From positions 1-64,000 of IMG/VR virus record IMGVR_UViG_3300010259_000001: a stretch of DNA of 64,000 bases, one strand, 5' to 3'. The number at the start of each line of letters is the position of its first letter. Position 1 is the stretch's first letter. The notes under the pieces were generated by a model. That model was not told the DNA's origin. It did not search any database and saw only the letters and a program-made list of their open reading frames with translations. The position numbers were made by a program, and so were the translations under genes. Of this stretch, positions 26,801-31,459 are shown one piece after another. This stretch comes from a virus.

Positions 26801-28903
26801 TTTGGCTTCGGCATAACGGCTGTATTCCTCCGTGAGGTCTTTCAAGTCGCCGTACCCTCTGCGTTCCAGTTCTTTCTTCTCGTCCTCAGTAAGTGCAAGG
26901 TCACCGCGTCCGTCAAGAATGGAACGTAAACGTGTCTCAAAACCAACCTTGCCGTTCTTGGAGCGTGCAAGGTCGTAGATAACACGCGGTGCAGACTTCA
27001 ACAGATGTTGTGCCTTGAAACCTGCAATCATTGCCATGTTATCAGTCCAAACGTCCATCAGCGCGTCACCACGACTATTGCGAAGTTCCTCAATCTTGGC
27101 TGCACGTTCCTGTTCGTCTGCAATATAGTTGGGGCTGGTCTCATCAGACAGTGAGTTGATGAGGTCGCCATATTGTCCGTAGGTGTTGATTATCTCCGGC
27201 ACGGCAAATATTGTTCCCTCTGCCACTGTACCTACACCAAGTTCACCGGCACGGATGCCCATCTTGCCAACGGTGCTTTCGGTGGCTCTGACAAGTTTGT
27301 CGCTTACATTGCCGAGGTATGGAGCAATTACACCAGTTACTGCACCCATCATCAAGCCGTGTCCTGCACGCCCTGCCACATTGCCAAACGAGAAACCGTC
27401 CTTGCGTTCACCTGTTTCCTCGTCAATGTAACCTCCCCACTTCATTTGGTCGAGAGCTTCGCTTCCTGCCTCGTATGTGCCGAAGTTCACAGCACCACCA
27501 ATGGCTCCACCAAGCATACGACCTCCGAGCGTGGTGCCAAACTTACGCATGGCTGCTTCGCCAATCATCTTGCCACCGAGCCAAGTTGTGCCTTTAACGG
27601 CTGTACCACCTGTACCTGCAGATGCCCAAGTGAGAGGGTCTAAGGCAAAGCCTGTAACAGTTCCTGCAATACCTGCGACTTTATGTCCTTGCTTCTCAAA
27701 GCGTTGTTCTGCATCTTCGCGTGCTTCCCAGTCGCCTGTTGTTCCTGCTTGCGCTCTTGCCGCTGCTTGCATCAATGTTCCCATTGCGTTACCTGCGGCA
27801 ACCTTGCGGATGAAGTATTCTGCTGCATCTTTAGGGGCGTTCTTGGCTACTGCAAGTTCATACATACGGCGGTCGCTCTGTTCACGCGCCATTTCCGTTG
27901 CTGCTTGTTGCAACTGCTGTTCTGTGGCTTGTGGGTAACGGTTCTTCAGTGCGCCGTACATATCTTCGATGATGGACTGCTGTTTCTCCTTGCCAAGCAT
28001 GTTCCAAGCATCATCAGCCATACGTTGCAGGTCGTGGTATTTCAGATGAGTGGCAAATGCCTTGATGCCGGTGTCAACATTATCAGCACCCAAACCTCCT
28101 GTTACGCTCGTACCCTCCGCAGCACCACGGAGGAAATTGCTCCATGATGGTTTGCTACGCTCGTCCAAGTATCTACCAAACTCCTCATTAGATTTGTCCT
28201 CGGCTTGCTGCCATACCATTGCAGCAGCATTGTCGGGGTCGTACTTGTCGATTGATGCACCCACACGACGCTCAAAGTCGTTCTGTATGCGCTTCTCGCG
28301 GTGTCTGCGTCCCTCCTCGGTTGTGGCTTCCCACTCGTCACGGTATTTCAGATTGAGGCGCGACTGCTCCAGCGGTGTTGCAACCTCATCGCCATGCGTC
28401 GTGTAATACCTGCGCTCCATCTTTCCGCTTTCCGGGTTGAACTTCACTTCGCTGGTCTTGCCCAAAGTGTTGCCCTTGCGGATATTCTCCATGCGAGTAT
28501 TGAAGTCCTGCTGCGACTGCTTAACTTGGCGCATAGTCTCGTCCAACTGCATCTGCATACCCATCTTCTCCTGCCAAGTAGGTTGCCATCCACCTTGCTT
28601 TTGTGGCTGTTCATCCTGTTTGGGCTGTGTCGATGTGTTCACGGTCGGGTTTACTTGCCCTGTAGTCTGCTTGACTACCGGCTGTGCTGGTGCCGGTGCC
28701 GGCTTCTGCACTGGCTGAACCATCATACTTGCGAAATCGTCAGCACTACCAACATTCAAGCCTAAACTACGGCTCTTTTGGTAGTACCAATCGCGGTCTT
28801 CTTTATTGTCAAGGCTCTTTGTGAAGTCGTCGTAACTGCCAGTGTTTACGCCATTCTTCTTCATTTGCTCATAGAGCCACTTTCTATCGTCGTCATTCCA
28901 CAT
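8813..28903 (-). CDS. Giant polyvalent multi-domain protein (6,696 aa), probably a virion-packaged, injected anti-defence protein
   Basis: Single uninterrupted ORF with an ATG start, 7 nt after the upstream stop and directly upstream of the portal. Recognisable modules are listed as separate features. They are separated by long acidic or Pro-rich linkers and coiled-coil regions. Confidence 0.85.
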   Translation of the reverse strand: MWNDDDRKWLYEQMKKNGVNTGSYDDFTKSLDNKEDRDWYYQKSRSLGLNVGSADDFASMMVQPVQKPAPAPAQPVVKQTTGQVNPTVNTSTQPKQDEQPQKQGGWQPTWQEKMGMQMQLDETMRQVKQSQQDFNTRMENIRKGNTLGKTSEVKFNPESGKMERRYYTTHGDEVATPLEQSRLNLKYRDEWEATTEEGRRHREKRIQNDFERRVGASIDKYDPDNAAAMVWQQAEDKSNEEFGRYLDERSKPSWSNFLRGAAEGTSVTGGLGADNVDTGIKAFATHLKYHDLQRMADDAWNMLGKEKQQSIIEDMYGALKNRYPQATEQQLQQAATEMAREQSDRRMYELAVAKNAPKDAAEYFIRKVAAGNAMGTLMQAAARAQAGTTGDWEAREDAEQRFEKQGHKVAGIAGTVTGFALDPLTWASAGTGGTAVKGTTWLGGKMIGEAAMRKFGTTLGGRMLGGAIGGAVNFGTYEAGSEALDQMKWGGYIDEETGERKDGFSFGNVAGRAGHGLMMGAVTGVIAPYLGNVSDKLVRATESTVGKMGIRAGELGVGTVAEGTIFAVPEIINTYGQYGDLINSLSDETSPNYIADEQERAAKIEELRNSRGDALMDVWTDNMAMIAGFKAQHLLKSAPRVIYDLARSKNGKVGFETRLRSILDGRGDLALTEDEKKELERRGYGDLKDLTEEYSRYAEAKEEYDKARPTTTDASRMIEGGDGQAELPYNRFVELMTDNSVSEAARAKMYYYLTGHGLPMSTVMGSSILEDKDADGNVTGYTVQSFGANGVITSRSFGDKKRADVEANRINRQAELNGFDVGERYYDWQGDNKRMYEACESVAEETGAPANLLFDLMKRKTEAMNEVELEWAEKILNAYNGLGDKYGSSEVRAAINDEFGIDVDKAIRKERNRRSEQEQKAVDEYANRLFADVKRKQEEAAERGEAPVDPDAPTSNSQIAALLGIDDGEQGDPVSAAFNRGHEADAQERQDIAIELADPNNAEAQEAWNGVVQRINEDAAYMVAQQREQTKQMQHTDGSLRPAILKEKDSEGNDQQVYIVDGNVQMMPDGSMVDKASSDNIVVVYNPATGERKQIDPSADTGISSLGEVTTAEQREADIERSRQEYVQAQIDEAQGTVRFVPGQQLVLPTGEEAVVVATDADGENITVALGDGTQATVQRSELQRIRDEKASADYRQRHGITEEPAAQQPKASTPAQPQADGRVAGAPADYTADMELTIRDEDGSEKPAMVMGRVRYENGSFVPDANGNIIEYFMDGEVKHDHEDKLVDKVVSHVAPQQPEAAPVQEASAETPATVETTPPPVELQAEVAPQQVQEPVQTVEPQPTQPAEAPAQPTEQPTAEPMPVGEDGEEDWQATTPERAHAYIFNEAGLSRSEGNEFIAAQTQAAQSALVKAKSAQMPRVGTSIKKYNEAKAKRQEKIDEAQRVLDYWQQVRNIQNDIQREENERRAAEDAVRHDEAVAEAQAEYEARKQAEAERKAVGNENPMPAITEKWNNATKVDGHRDEIMLPDGTPLKGHYLLHESGASSPSHNPETWQKTDGFPMDANDNSVNDRDYERDHDAQEHTQSIARQYDQRALQSVPVVSNDGVVLSGNGRTMAGELAARDNTDGAYVNYLKEYAPKFGFTAEQVGAMQHPRVSFVPDEAMPYTAETFAKFNQQEMKSQNKTEQAVKLGKTVSDDSFKGIVRTINGYDTLGDFYNDAEASLGAVYDLHNAGVVPQAQLAEMVDGIRGQEKLSAVGREFLENMLIGKAFESDPEVVRMLTAEPAMRQTVITALGEIVDNIALGGDWSLQGELADAVKLCFDARQGGAKYGEIVSTYARQGVLFADPDELQTVADFNNATMLMLADVLNDKRVTLLKTTLQLYNNNARQSASGQTDLFAGGIQSREDILRDVITFINENYGKRKEIEAAREEAVERRKAESVQQDGTPPAVSTDGEATAEPSAEPAPVEAEPVEATEPVEAEPNAVQTALAAAEQETNTEPTEAQKEAGNYKKGHVKIDGYDVTIENPKGSVRRGTDASGKQWEQEMQNTYGYIRGTEGVDGDHIDVFFSEDPSQGDVFVVDQVNKDGSFDEHKVMYGFPDIESARKAYLSNYEDGWQGLGAITPVSKEEFKKWIDSSHRKTKPFAEYSSVKPLGDTQLGEQQTAGYSIEPTTYTNKKGKTTPMHLVTFGRELSKDEIRAGKELAKESRGWWDREKSGFMMRDEDSAKALAEALSNEEAMQDAQPLSVEDVATVTDQADMKAASETIKVEQEPQTTPQYDYDREDDVYDKTLTGLRNVLNDRKRGAIPNIKSIENVIRDLRKRAKTIEDGMATAAGETIPQAFDALANLNGKRRAYEQFLSDIRKKMAETERDDALAAHGVKLGDKIMYKGKEATIHDADARQVTLDVGLASVLYEVTDWENVELPKPVKEYHGGDRVFSVKHNANKDIFVAHHKDGTVEYTFTDGTKANADEVQDAMPMEQETPQSEQKEDVSEQNTASSEQEQPKQEEKKAKSKWVDDADAERFEELRRRLRMKLGGQLNMGLDPEAFAIGVEMSYLMLKHGARKFGEFAKNLIEALGEGIRPYVKTLYNGARDLPEMADIEKDMTPWDEVRSFDVMNFDKEGAKDIVATAEQIVREQAAEREAKEATDKLKQERNEQRKETEQEVAANTEALASEAATIASEVKSKLPSARSEREVNDLAKNIDDAIDKVNDQLALLGYYEAEPVESDFNEAYGYMRNAEKKAVKNVTELFKTLTKELGISDPVVYDTKGKKQKSVTANIAPAGGDVTMRFMLNRDKGVELYIDFMLEPDYENNRDNLVLKGIMFRPERNLPNGGRDYLRANNFFPVDVTMPQMLQGIRSVCQEWLPAEDYVAMAQRIAAENAGNQQEKPSKERKSKKKSESLQEQTIPDLFSGLFSEDLKPTSNEQEVHVQPRTSTTERERGHQREQNEPLGESKQNEDERPDAGGVVRRSGNDTKSDTAGGSRVSEPSDGKQNVKPAKPEPAPLAESERKNTHNNHAERGTDYAPKGTSARIEANIKAIETMQRLIESGEPATPEDMSVLRKFSGWGGLGAAFKEKVSSGDSGYNPRLRDDYQPSNPINARLRELLSPEAYEAANMSRNSAYYTPAPVIDAMWDVARAMGFRGGNVLEGSAGIGSIIGLMPTDMSERSNIHAVEIDETTGNILSLLYPDANVEVKGFEKTFVPNGSVDLAITNVPFVTGLRVMDETGDKDLSRKFHDIHDFCIAKNVRKLKEGGVGIFITSSGTLDSPNSAKLRTWLVNEGGADVVGAFRMHNQTFGGTGATSDIIVIRKRVNGRKSANAIDVSGTLPIRTVKYNTGETKRGSSEVIVKDLALDVNKHFVEHPEDMAGEMAFAFEKGDTYRATSKALYPSPSINQEQRLSEWAQQFKDMDWDKAEERESQQVVYEDLGEDVKEGSMLLDSDGNLCLAQRGKAVPINVNANKVKGHTKAECFNAYKAIKDALADVLEYQTTHSDDSGLQQRLAKLNKAYDSFVKTYGHLNKNTSISFLRSDMDYPSIAALESVSETGDKSGKRIVTYGKTDIFSRRVVETESEPKPTTIKDGIIASIYLNGRVDVPYIAEQLNMSDSDVRQQIIESGLGFENPTTTEMEVSYEYLSGNVREKLRQAQENNTDGRYDANIKALERVIPMNIPAHLIEFTLGSSWVEPKLYEDFVKERTGLDVKLTNAGGTWIMSEPYYTNTEQNKAMGVISEKCDKTILGHELIKAAITCKSISVTKTISTGYGSSKTTETIVDKEATMACANKIDEIRQDFKDWARGKMQGDPEMSERMERVYNELFNNSVPKEIPDDFVPEHFGGAATVVNGKPFKLRPHQAKAVIRATTQPLMLAHEVGTGKTYTLISTAMEMRRLGTARKPMIVVQNATVGQFVASAKALYPNAKILTLEDADRNAEGRRNFYAKIRYNDWDMIVVPQSVFERIPDSEERQIRFVEDKVEEKMMVLEKMREAANDDRDPVLRQAQRELDQLNDELNDLKLALQERKSGGNTEKDEKREAKTRQNAMVKAQEMLDRETDDVANFDDMGIDALLIDEAHEYKHLGFATAMQRGVKGVDPSYSKKSQGVYLKTQAVLENKNGKNVVFATGTPISNTAAEIWTFMRYLMPADTMREYGIYYFDDFVRNFGNIQQMLEFSTNGKYKENNRFAGYVNLPELVRIWAGVADTVLTREAGGVSDKIPKMDGEKAQDIYLPQTKALRGVMKFVKDQLDDYEKMSGKEKKENSHIPLVMYGIAKAAAVDARLVLEDAADEPNSKTNEAVRQTLRSLEDTKEYNGTVAIFADNYQNKATGFNLYEDIRKKLIDAGVPEAQVVVMKSGMSIKKKLEIFDKVNRGEVRVIMGSTFTLGTGVNIQERLHTLIHVDAPNRPMDYTQRNGRILRQGNLHNEWGIPVRVLRFGVEDSLDVTAYQRLKTKGAIADSIMEGKKMMSNSMENRVLEEEQDLFGDITAQLSGSQYALLKNQVEKEVKKLEARKKQWEADQTYVHNQKPRLKALIKDSEERAKRNKEALARVEAAKNDGITIGKMKFPSLDAMTDYLKDYNSKQREQQEQVRTASGYKSEAKSDLTVSVGGFDFHIHRVISKEQKQEKGQLSLSFFSKTQMTYSCPELGLEDVPVDGQRLKSALEDILENVLSGDDFREKAEYADRAAERYKGELQQVEARDGKPFEYADELKQAKEKLAEYEELMKAEMAEKEAKYAEMDASVEAAKGVQLSDEDSDDVTEDTAKYRIREDEPPTKTGIGYKVFVLKDGKLYPPMVANPNGEATPVGVWLDADAAPVAGVTKTGRQQVKAGGKGTQGGSGKLAYRPGWHLGEIPYALQFNRMNPETGQRELFPANFVWAEVEYANDVDYQEEAMSYGMNASGKFQHSLAGLPRLPENGSYRYRTNPDPNTDPWVITGAMKVNRILKPSEVDAMVEAAGREPQQRQAGAITDKQVEALNAKVKRTMQEDRDMMRSAVQQMGEKLHTDINIIEDVNEITHPNAAVQERRRKSKGWYDTATGQVNIVLDNNKNIDDVKASVGHETIAHKGLRELVGEENYDEFLDETYQHLRDDLKKGVDDAAGRAFIDDTTKNGKRAKSYEQHRRTAVDELFGRMAEKPFEEFSEGERTLWQKIKATVRRLLDKFLGSLKLPKWFELGDNELRYILWRSKERLERGKEHPIDLARDIVKREELGLTDEARYNMGDAPETFKARQRRAVENRGTVMPGLNGAKFKVVEVPRHQYQGRDVLTQARDAAIDRYSSFGDGKKRELKSLHYDNLGATFDYVISPKSLTEAANHASDSDNIGVHAAVMDKLDKVINESIEIEEHPDIKKKDGERKWDNGFNKGILMHRFAAAVRIGDEIYRVKTTMKEYENPQKANGHYTYEVTKIEVLDEQSNTPNGRSNVSDVFVSGVKLLNNLEKSYDSGKKILDESKIADESTDLFRDPDETEDIWNDQSLGLQERITAAATRLANNHRDNKTLRNDAMRAIGGNLSDLRKAMSLQRTFDMTTVKRVADLARVLMNNGYLNGLTQQEVKRLLAAVKNSVGHNDIEGDVQKVMDIMVDNQLKHAEDTLHELEAIRGSKVDARGVEVQGQLDPAGAHTMKVFKKTRGWEKTDIEEAISEAQQRMGSSDVAVADEAALEYTGLQLALEYAENIKDSKVEERKLREEIKQAHDDASERDRATDSYRQYIASLQEAIRQNKIERAQSYFDLVGRLSDSLRESIANAKDFKEAEKQRIREIQHNANSDMEGRPSDEHYKPTFADKFVNNSFVSFLFAPLATFDQMLRMFGGKSANGEGYLYNRFMRGWIDARQQEINGVRDKYAILDAKAAELFGGKVKTWGDLIRSVGKLPKGTVSFWNGGEMQERELTQGNLMYIYIVNKMLDGRMKLRKMGITEENVADIEEVLDPRLIELADWLQDEFLVQTRNEYNETHKRMFGASMAAIEHYFPLKILANARADKPEDLDNPDKSDGISTATGSIIKRRRNALALDITGADALSVILDHVAQMEHWNAFAEFNRDINTLRTYKRFRNQVQNMTTIYGSGKELWKKFNDVCQMAAGTYRPPRTKLDEAAVNFAKGVTAAKVSFRMFTALKQFLSMPAYIPEARTDYLLRNIANPAGAWKWSMEHLPIFSERWRSRMSGDPRLLKSDMDWKMWRTRLMQLASRAGMSPNAFVDALTVSIGAHSMYQTRLAQYLRDGYSEADAEKKAVQDAEVLYNQTQQSSEGAFTSTMQVDRSWLSVLFTVFRNASMSYQRQLHDALRNFKHNLTPGGRAGSIEFMTKQLLRDKGIEPQTDGNWSDADWQREEQVAKRKFRRQLLKDTLRVATFGYIMQLAWNLGAYLPYLLFGDDEDEKQKMWDDVWAHTTFGSVEGLTGGDLMSQAGQMMLTGEGNPAYLSKDMPLTSDIMAAFQKLGNGQHTEALNDMINLIVQAGLGVNPQSITDVALSIMDACGDDPTLAHEAIICISRILQVPQSQIDKMYFDEVGLSGDEVSKYTPAQLAERYAQFKVKRGRFFSPWSWGDEERIKKFTDKANKTIKERTEQMGDDKVNEAYLQYEEVYKGVDAKVKEAKKMAKTDYVEAAQLMAEAQSDPNAFATYQMFKQMDGNFNKIVKFYLGAKTPDEAALCRQAVLDYKSAMVKVLEAPDASTRADAMNSLGTVMQGFTQKYIPMQQPNR
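13600..13900 (-). other. Domain of the giant protein: HExxH zincin-like metallopeptidase motif
   Basis: ...VKASVGHETIAHKGLRELVGEENYDEF...; the HETIAH codons are at 13712-13729. Confidence 0.5.
15560..17400 (-). other. Domain of the giant protein: SNF2/DEAD-like helicase
   Basis: Motif I AHEVGTGKTY (17255-17284), motif II LLIDEAHEYK (about 16676-16693), and C-terminal helicase motifs ...GTGVNIQERLHTLIHVDAPNRPMDYTQRNGRILRQGN (about 15600-15780). Confidence 0.85.
19080..19790 (-). other. Domain of the giant protein: N6-adenine DNA methyltransferase (gamma-class, DarB-like)
   Basis: Motifs seen: FSGWGGLG, AYYTPAPVIDAMW, SAM motif I VLEGSAGIGSIIG (about 19400-19450), and catalytic motif IV DLAITNVPF (19222-19251). 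Confidence 0.8.
22490..22880 (-). other. Domain of the giant protein: family-I inorganic-pyrophosphatase-like fold
   Basis: ...VTIENPKGSVRRG...NTYGYIRGTEGVDGDHIDVFF...VVDQVNKDGSFDEHKVMYGF... aligns by eye with E. coli Ppa (VVIEIPAN..., [20 protein letters not shown]..., [14 protein letters not shown]). The acidic metal ligands appear to be kept. Confidence 0.55.
23950..24250 (-). other. Domain of the giant protein: possible ParB/Srx-like (DdrB-ParB-type) domain
   Basis: Motif ...VPVVSNDGVVLSGNGRTMAGELAARD... (about 24040-24075) resembles the ParB/sulfiredoxin GxxR loop seen in polyvalent proteins. Weak, by eye only. Confidence 0.3.
27165..27690 (-). other. Domain of the giant protein: Gly/Ala-rich hydrophobic (glycine-zipper-like) region
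   Basis: Sequence reads ...VAGIAGTVTGFALDPLTWASAGTGGTAVKG...LGGRMLGGAIGGAVNFG...GHGLMMGAVTGVIAPYLG...GVGTVAEGTIFAVPEI... Confidence 0.5.
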
Positions 28904-28909
28904 AGTCGA

Positions 28910-30070
28910 TTATCTTCTGCTTGGTGGTGTATTATTGTTATTGTTTCTTCTGCTTGGAGGTGTGTTGTCTTCGGAAGTGGTTACGCCACCGATGGCACGC
29001 AAAGCACTCTGCACGTTCGGGTCGTCGATGTTTGAACCAATCCAGTCCATCATTTGGTCGGCTGAAACAGGCGTTGTCTGTCCTGTTGAGACATTGTAAC
29101 CTCCAGTCGGGCGACCTGCGGACGGTGTTTTGCTGAACACATACGAGATATTGTGCTGGTTCAGTCGGGTGTTAGGAATGCGAACCATGCCATTGCCCGA
29201 ATAGAACTCAGTATATTTACCGTCCTGCGATGCAGCAAAACGCTGACGTTCCAAGCCCTCTGATGACTTATTGTGCCGTCTCGTTTCGGCAATACCAGCA
29301 GCTTGAAGTCTCTCAGATGCCCGATTGTGACGTTCATGCTCCTTGGAGGTGACATCAAACTGACGCTGGTTCTCATCGAAACCTTTCTGCCAGTGCTCGT
29401 TGTCGGTGTCAAACTTCTTGTCGCGGAAAGCCACATCGTCGGCACGGTCTTTGCGACCTGCGTCAAACTGCTGCTGCCAGTTGCTCTGCTGCTGTTCTGC
29501 TTGTGTGACACGGAAATTGAAGTCGCGGTCTTTGTCCTTGATGTTGCCGAGGGTGATGGCGTAATTCACCAGCCTGTCATTGTCCTTGTCGCGCTGTGCC
29601 TTGGCTTTCTCAAACAGTTCTTTGGCTTTTGCCGACATTTTAGGCATATCCATAGCCTTGATGCCACGCGCATGAGAAAACGCCGTGTGGAATGTTCCCA
29701 AACCCTCAGCGAGCCTTGCGAGGAAGCCTACACGTTTTTCGCGCTTCTCTCGTTTCTCTCGCTCCTCTTTTGTCTCGGGCTTGATTGCATCCATCTGACC
29801 ACGCAAGAACTCCTCCAGTTCTGCGTAATTGTTACCCTTGAACTGTGCGTATGGGCTTGTTACCGTCGTGGTAGTGGTTGTTGATGAAGATGAAGAACCG
29901 TTGTTGTCATTCAGTGTAGGAGTGGCAAGCGATGGAGGGGCAGGTGTGCCGTTTCCTCCATCGTCCTGTGTAGGGGTCGCTCCGGGCTGTTGCCCATCAT
30001 CATTCTGTGAGAAATCGTAGAATGACGTTGCACCTCGCGGTATTGTCGTTCCAAATGGGTTTGTTGCCAT
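28910..30070 (-). CDS. Hypothetical low-complexity, charged protein
   Basis: 386 aa with an ATG start. Contains an S/T homopolymer tract (GSSSSSTTTTTTV) and a charged central region. The C-terminus has a duplicated TPPSRR, seen as an nt direct repeat at about 28913-28965. Confidence 0.5.
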   Translation of the reverse strand: MATNPFGTTIPRGATSFYDFSQNDDGQQPGATPTQDDGGNGTPAPPSLATPTLNDNNGSSSSSTTTTTTVTSPYAQFKGNNYAELEEFLRGQMDAIKPETKEEREKREKREKRVGFLARLAEGLGTFHTAFSHARGIKAMDMPKMSAKAKELFEKAKAQRDKDNDRLVNYAITLGNIKDKDRDFNFRVTQAEQQQSNWQQQFDAGRKDRADDVAFRDKKFDTDNEHWQKGFDENQRQFDVTSKEHERHNRASERLQAAGIAETRRHNKSSEGLERQRFAASQDGKYTEFYSGNGMVRIPNTRLNQHNISYVFSKTPSAGRPTGGYNVSTGQTTPVSADQMMDWIGSNIDDPNVQSALRAIGGVTTSEDNTPPSRRNNNNNTPPSRR

Positions 30071-30091
30071 GATGTTATAGTGTTTACGTGA

Positions 30092-30592
30092 TTATCCAAG
30101 TCCCATGCCACTGGCAAAGCCGTTAGCGGCTCCACCGATAGCGTTACTTACCATGCCGAAGCCATCAACCTTACCTGCTTCGAGTTCGCGCAACTTCTCG
30201 TCAAGTTGGTGCTGTCTCTCGCGGTACTGACCCTCAATCTGGTCTTTGCGCTGTGCGCCAGCAACTGCAATCTGACTGGTAGCGTCTGACAACGCTTTTG
30301 CATTAGCCTCTTTCGCTGCTGCTGTACTCTCCTCGGTGCCACCCATCACGGCTTGCACTCCTGCCGACTGCTGGTTACGTCGCCTTATCATGTCTGCTGT
30401 CTGCGTGAGAATGGCTTGCGCGTCGGCTCGCTGGGTTGCGTCCTCATTATACCTGCGGTCGTACCAGTCTTGGTTCTCGCGCTTCTGCTCGTTAATCATG
30501 TTACTCATTTTCTTCAGCATCTTGTTCTTGCTGATGCCTCCGAAGATGCCACCAAGCGCACCTGCTGCGCCTCCTATAATTCCGCCTAACAT
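30092..30592 (-). CDS. Hypothetical protein with Gly-zipper termini; first gene of the minus-strand operon
   Basis: 166 aa with an ATG start. N-terminus MLGGIIGGAAGALGGIFGG, C-terminus AIGGAANGFASGMGLG, helical charged middle. Confidence 0.5.
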   Translation of the reverse strand: MLGGIIGGAAGALGGIFGGISKNKMLKKMSNMINEQKRENQDWYDRRYNEDATQRADAQAILTQTADMIRRRNQQSAGVQAVMGGTEESTAAAKEANAKALSDATSQIAVAGAQRKDQIEGQYRERQHQLDEKLRELEAGKVDGFGMVSNAIGGAANGFASGMGLG

Positions 30593-30652
30593 ACTGTATG
30601 TCTTTTTAATTAGTGAAACAAAACTTATAAGTCATGTGCGAAATTACAACCT

Positions 30653-30660
30653 TATCTTTG
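30653..30660 (+). promoter_or_regulatory. Bacteroidota-type -7 box (TATCTTTG)
   Basis: Exact TAnnTTTG match 28 nt upstream of the ATG at 30688, in the 95-bp divergent spacer. Confidence 0.4.
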
Positions 30661-30687
30661 CACCATCATTTTAAGTTTTGATTTACT

Positions 30688-31053
30688 ATGCCACGCAAAG
30701 CAGGAGATGGACGCGGACGGCTCGGCGGTCGTGCCGCAGGAACACCCAACAAAGACAAGCCATTGAAGACGTTTCTCCGACAACACTCGGTGCAATACTT
30801 CACACCCAGCATCGAGGAAAAGGACGATAAAGGAAACAAGACAGGGCAACTGGTCTCGCAGTTTGACATTGACTGCAAGACACTTGACCCGGAAAGCCGT
30901 GTCGATGCCGAAATAAAACTATTGAAGTTCCACACGCCTCAGATGCAGTCAACAAGCGTTGACATGACAATCGTCGATGAAAACAGGACGCTATCTGAAC
31001 GCATTGCACGCCTCGCTGCTGGCGAAGACATTGCTTCGCCGTCTGAGGAGTAA
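30688..31053 (+). CDS. Putative small terminase subunit / DNA-binding protein
   Basis: 121 aa. Basic N-terminus GRGRLGGRAAGTPNKDK. The segment DAEIKLLKFHTPQMQS resembles the ...LLPYxHPKLQS... segment I recall from small terminases. Assigned by eye only. Confidence 0.35.
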   Translation: MPRKAGDGRGRLGGRAAGTPNKDKPLKTFLRQHSVQYFTPSIEEKDDKGNKTGQLVSQFDIDCKTLDPESRVDAEIKLLKFHTPQMQSTSVDMTIVDENRTLSERIARLAAGEDIASPSEE

Positions 31054-31082
31054 TCCTTACTACTGTTTACTGTATTTAGTAT

Positions 31083-31115
31083 AAAACCGCTGGGCAATCG
31101 CTCAGCGGTTTTATT
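31083..31115. terminator. Bidirectional rho-independent terminator
   Basis: aaaaCCGCTGgg-caatcg-ctCAGCGGtttt, with A-run and T-run on the two sides. Lies 30 nt after the stop of 30688-31053. Confidence 0.65.
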
Positions 31116-31129
31116 ATGCTACAAAGACA

Positions 31130-31345
31130 ACTTAGTTATAACTAACTTATAACACACTTATATATAATAATGTATTAGTTACGACATGAGTTATAACTGA
31201 CTGAAATTTGTAATCTCACAATTATTCTGAAACATGGCGAAAGAACTACGGAAACACCTAATTATTGTGCTTTTCGTTGGCTCTGAATATCAACAAGTTA
31301 ATAACTCACTTATAACTCACTTACACTTTTTGTATAACAAGTAAA
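31130..31345. repeat. Cluster of TTATAAC-core repeats (putative attP arm sites or recombination-directionality sites)
   Basis: Perfect 10-bp palindrome AGTTATAACT at 31134-31143 and 31189-31198. CTTATAAC at 31146-31153. AGTTAATAACT at 31296-31306. Tandem ACTCACTTA at 31303-31311 and 31314-31322. GTATAAC at about 31332. Tandem GTAAAGAAAA x2 at 31341-31360. All lie in a non-coding spacer beside the integrase 3' end. Confidence 0.45.
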
Positions 31346-31418
31346 GAAAAGTAAAGAAAAGAAATTTTCTTATTCTCGTCGTCGCCGCGCACGTACACAC
31401 GCGCGTGTGAGAAGATTT

Positions 31419-31450
31419 CAAAAAAAGGCTTCGCTTTTATGGAGAAGCCT
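31419..31450 (-). terminator. Rho-independent terminator of the integrase gene
   Basis: Stem aggcttc (31426-31432) with gaagcct (31444-31450), followed on the minus strand by TTTTTTT. Confidence 0.65.
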
Positions 31451-31459
31451 GTATCGTGG

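Noticed and set aside
9347-28765. Many long plus-strand ORFs inside the giant gene (for example 21686-23251 at 521 aa, 15563-16612, 16895-17821, 11576-12478, 10676-11539)
   Set aside because: All are antisense shadows of the 6,696-aa ORF. They have low-complexity Leu/Cys/Val/His-rich translations and alternative start codons, and none has a recognisable domain.
30593-30687. Minus-strand promoter for the virion operon (TAAGTTTTG)
   Set aside because: It is one base off the TAnnTTTG spacing, so it was not annotated. A real promoter may still be here.
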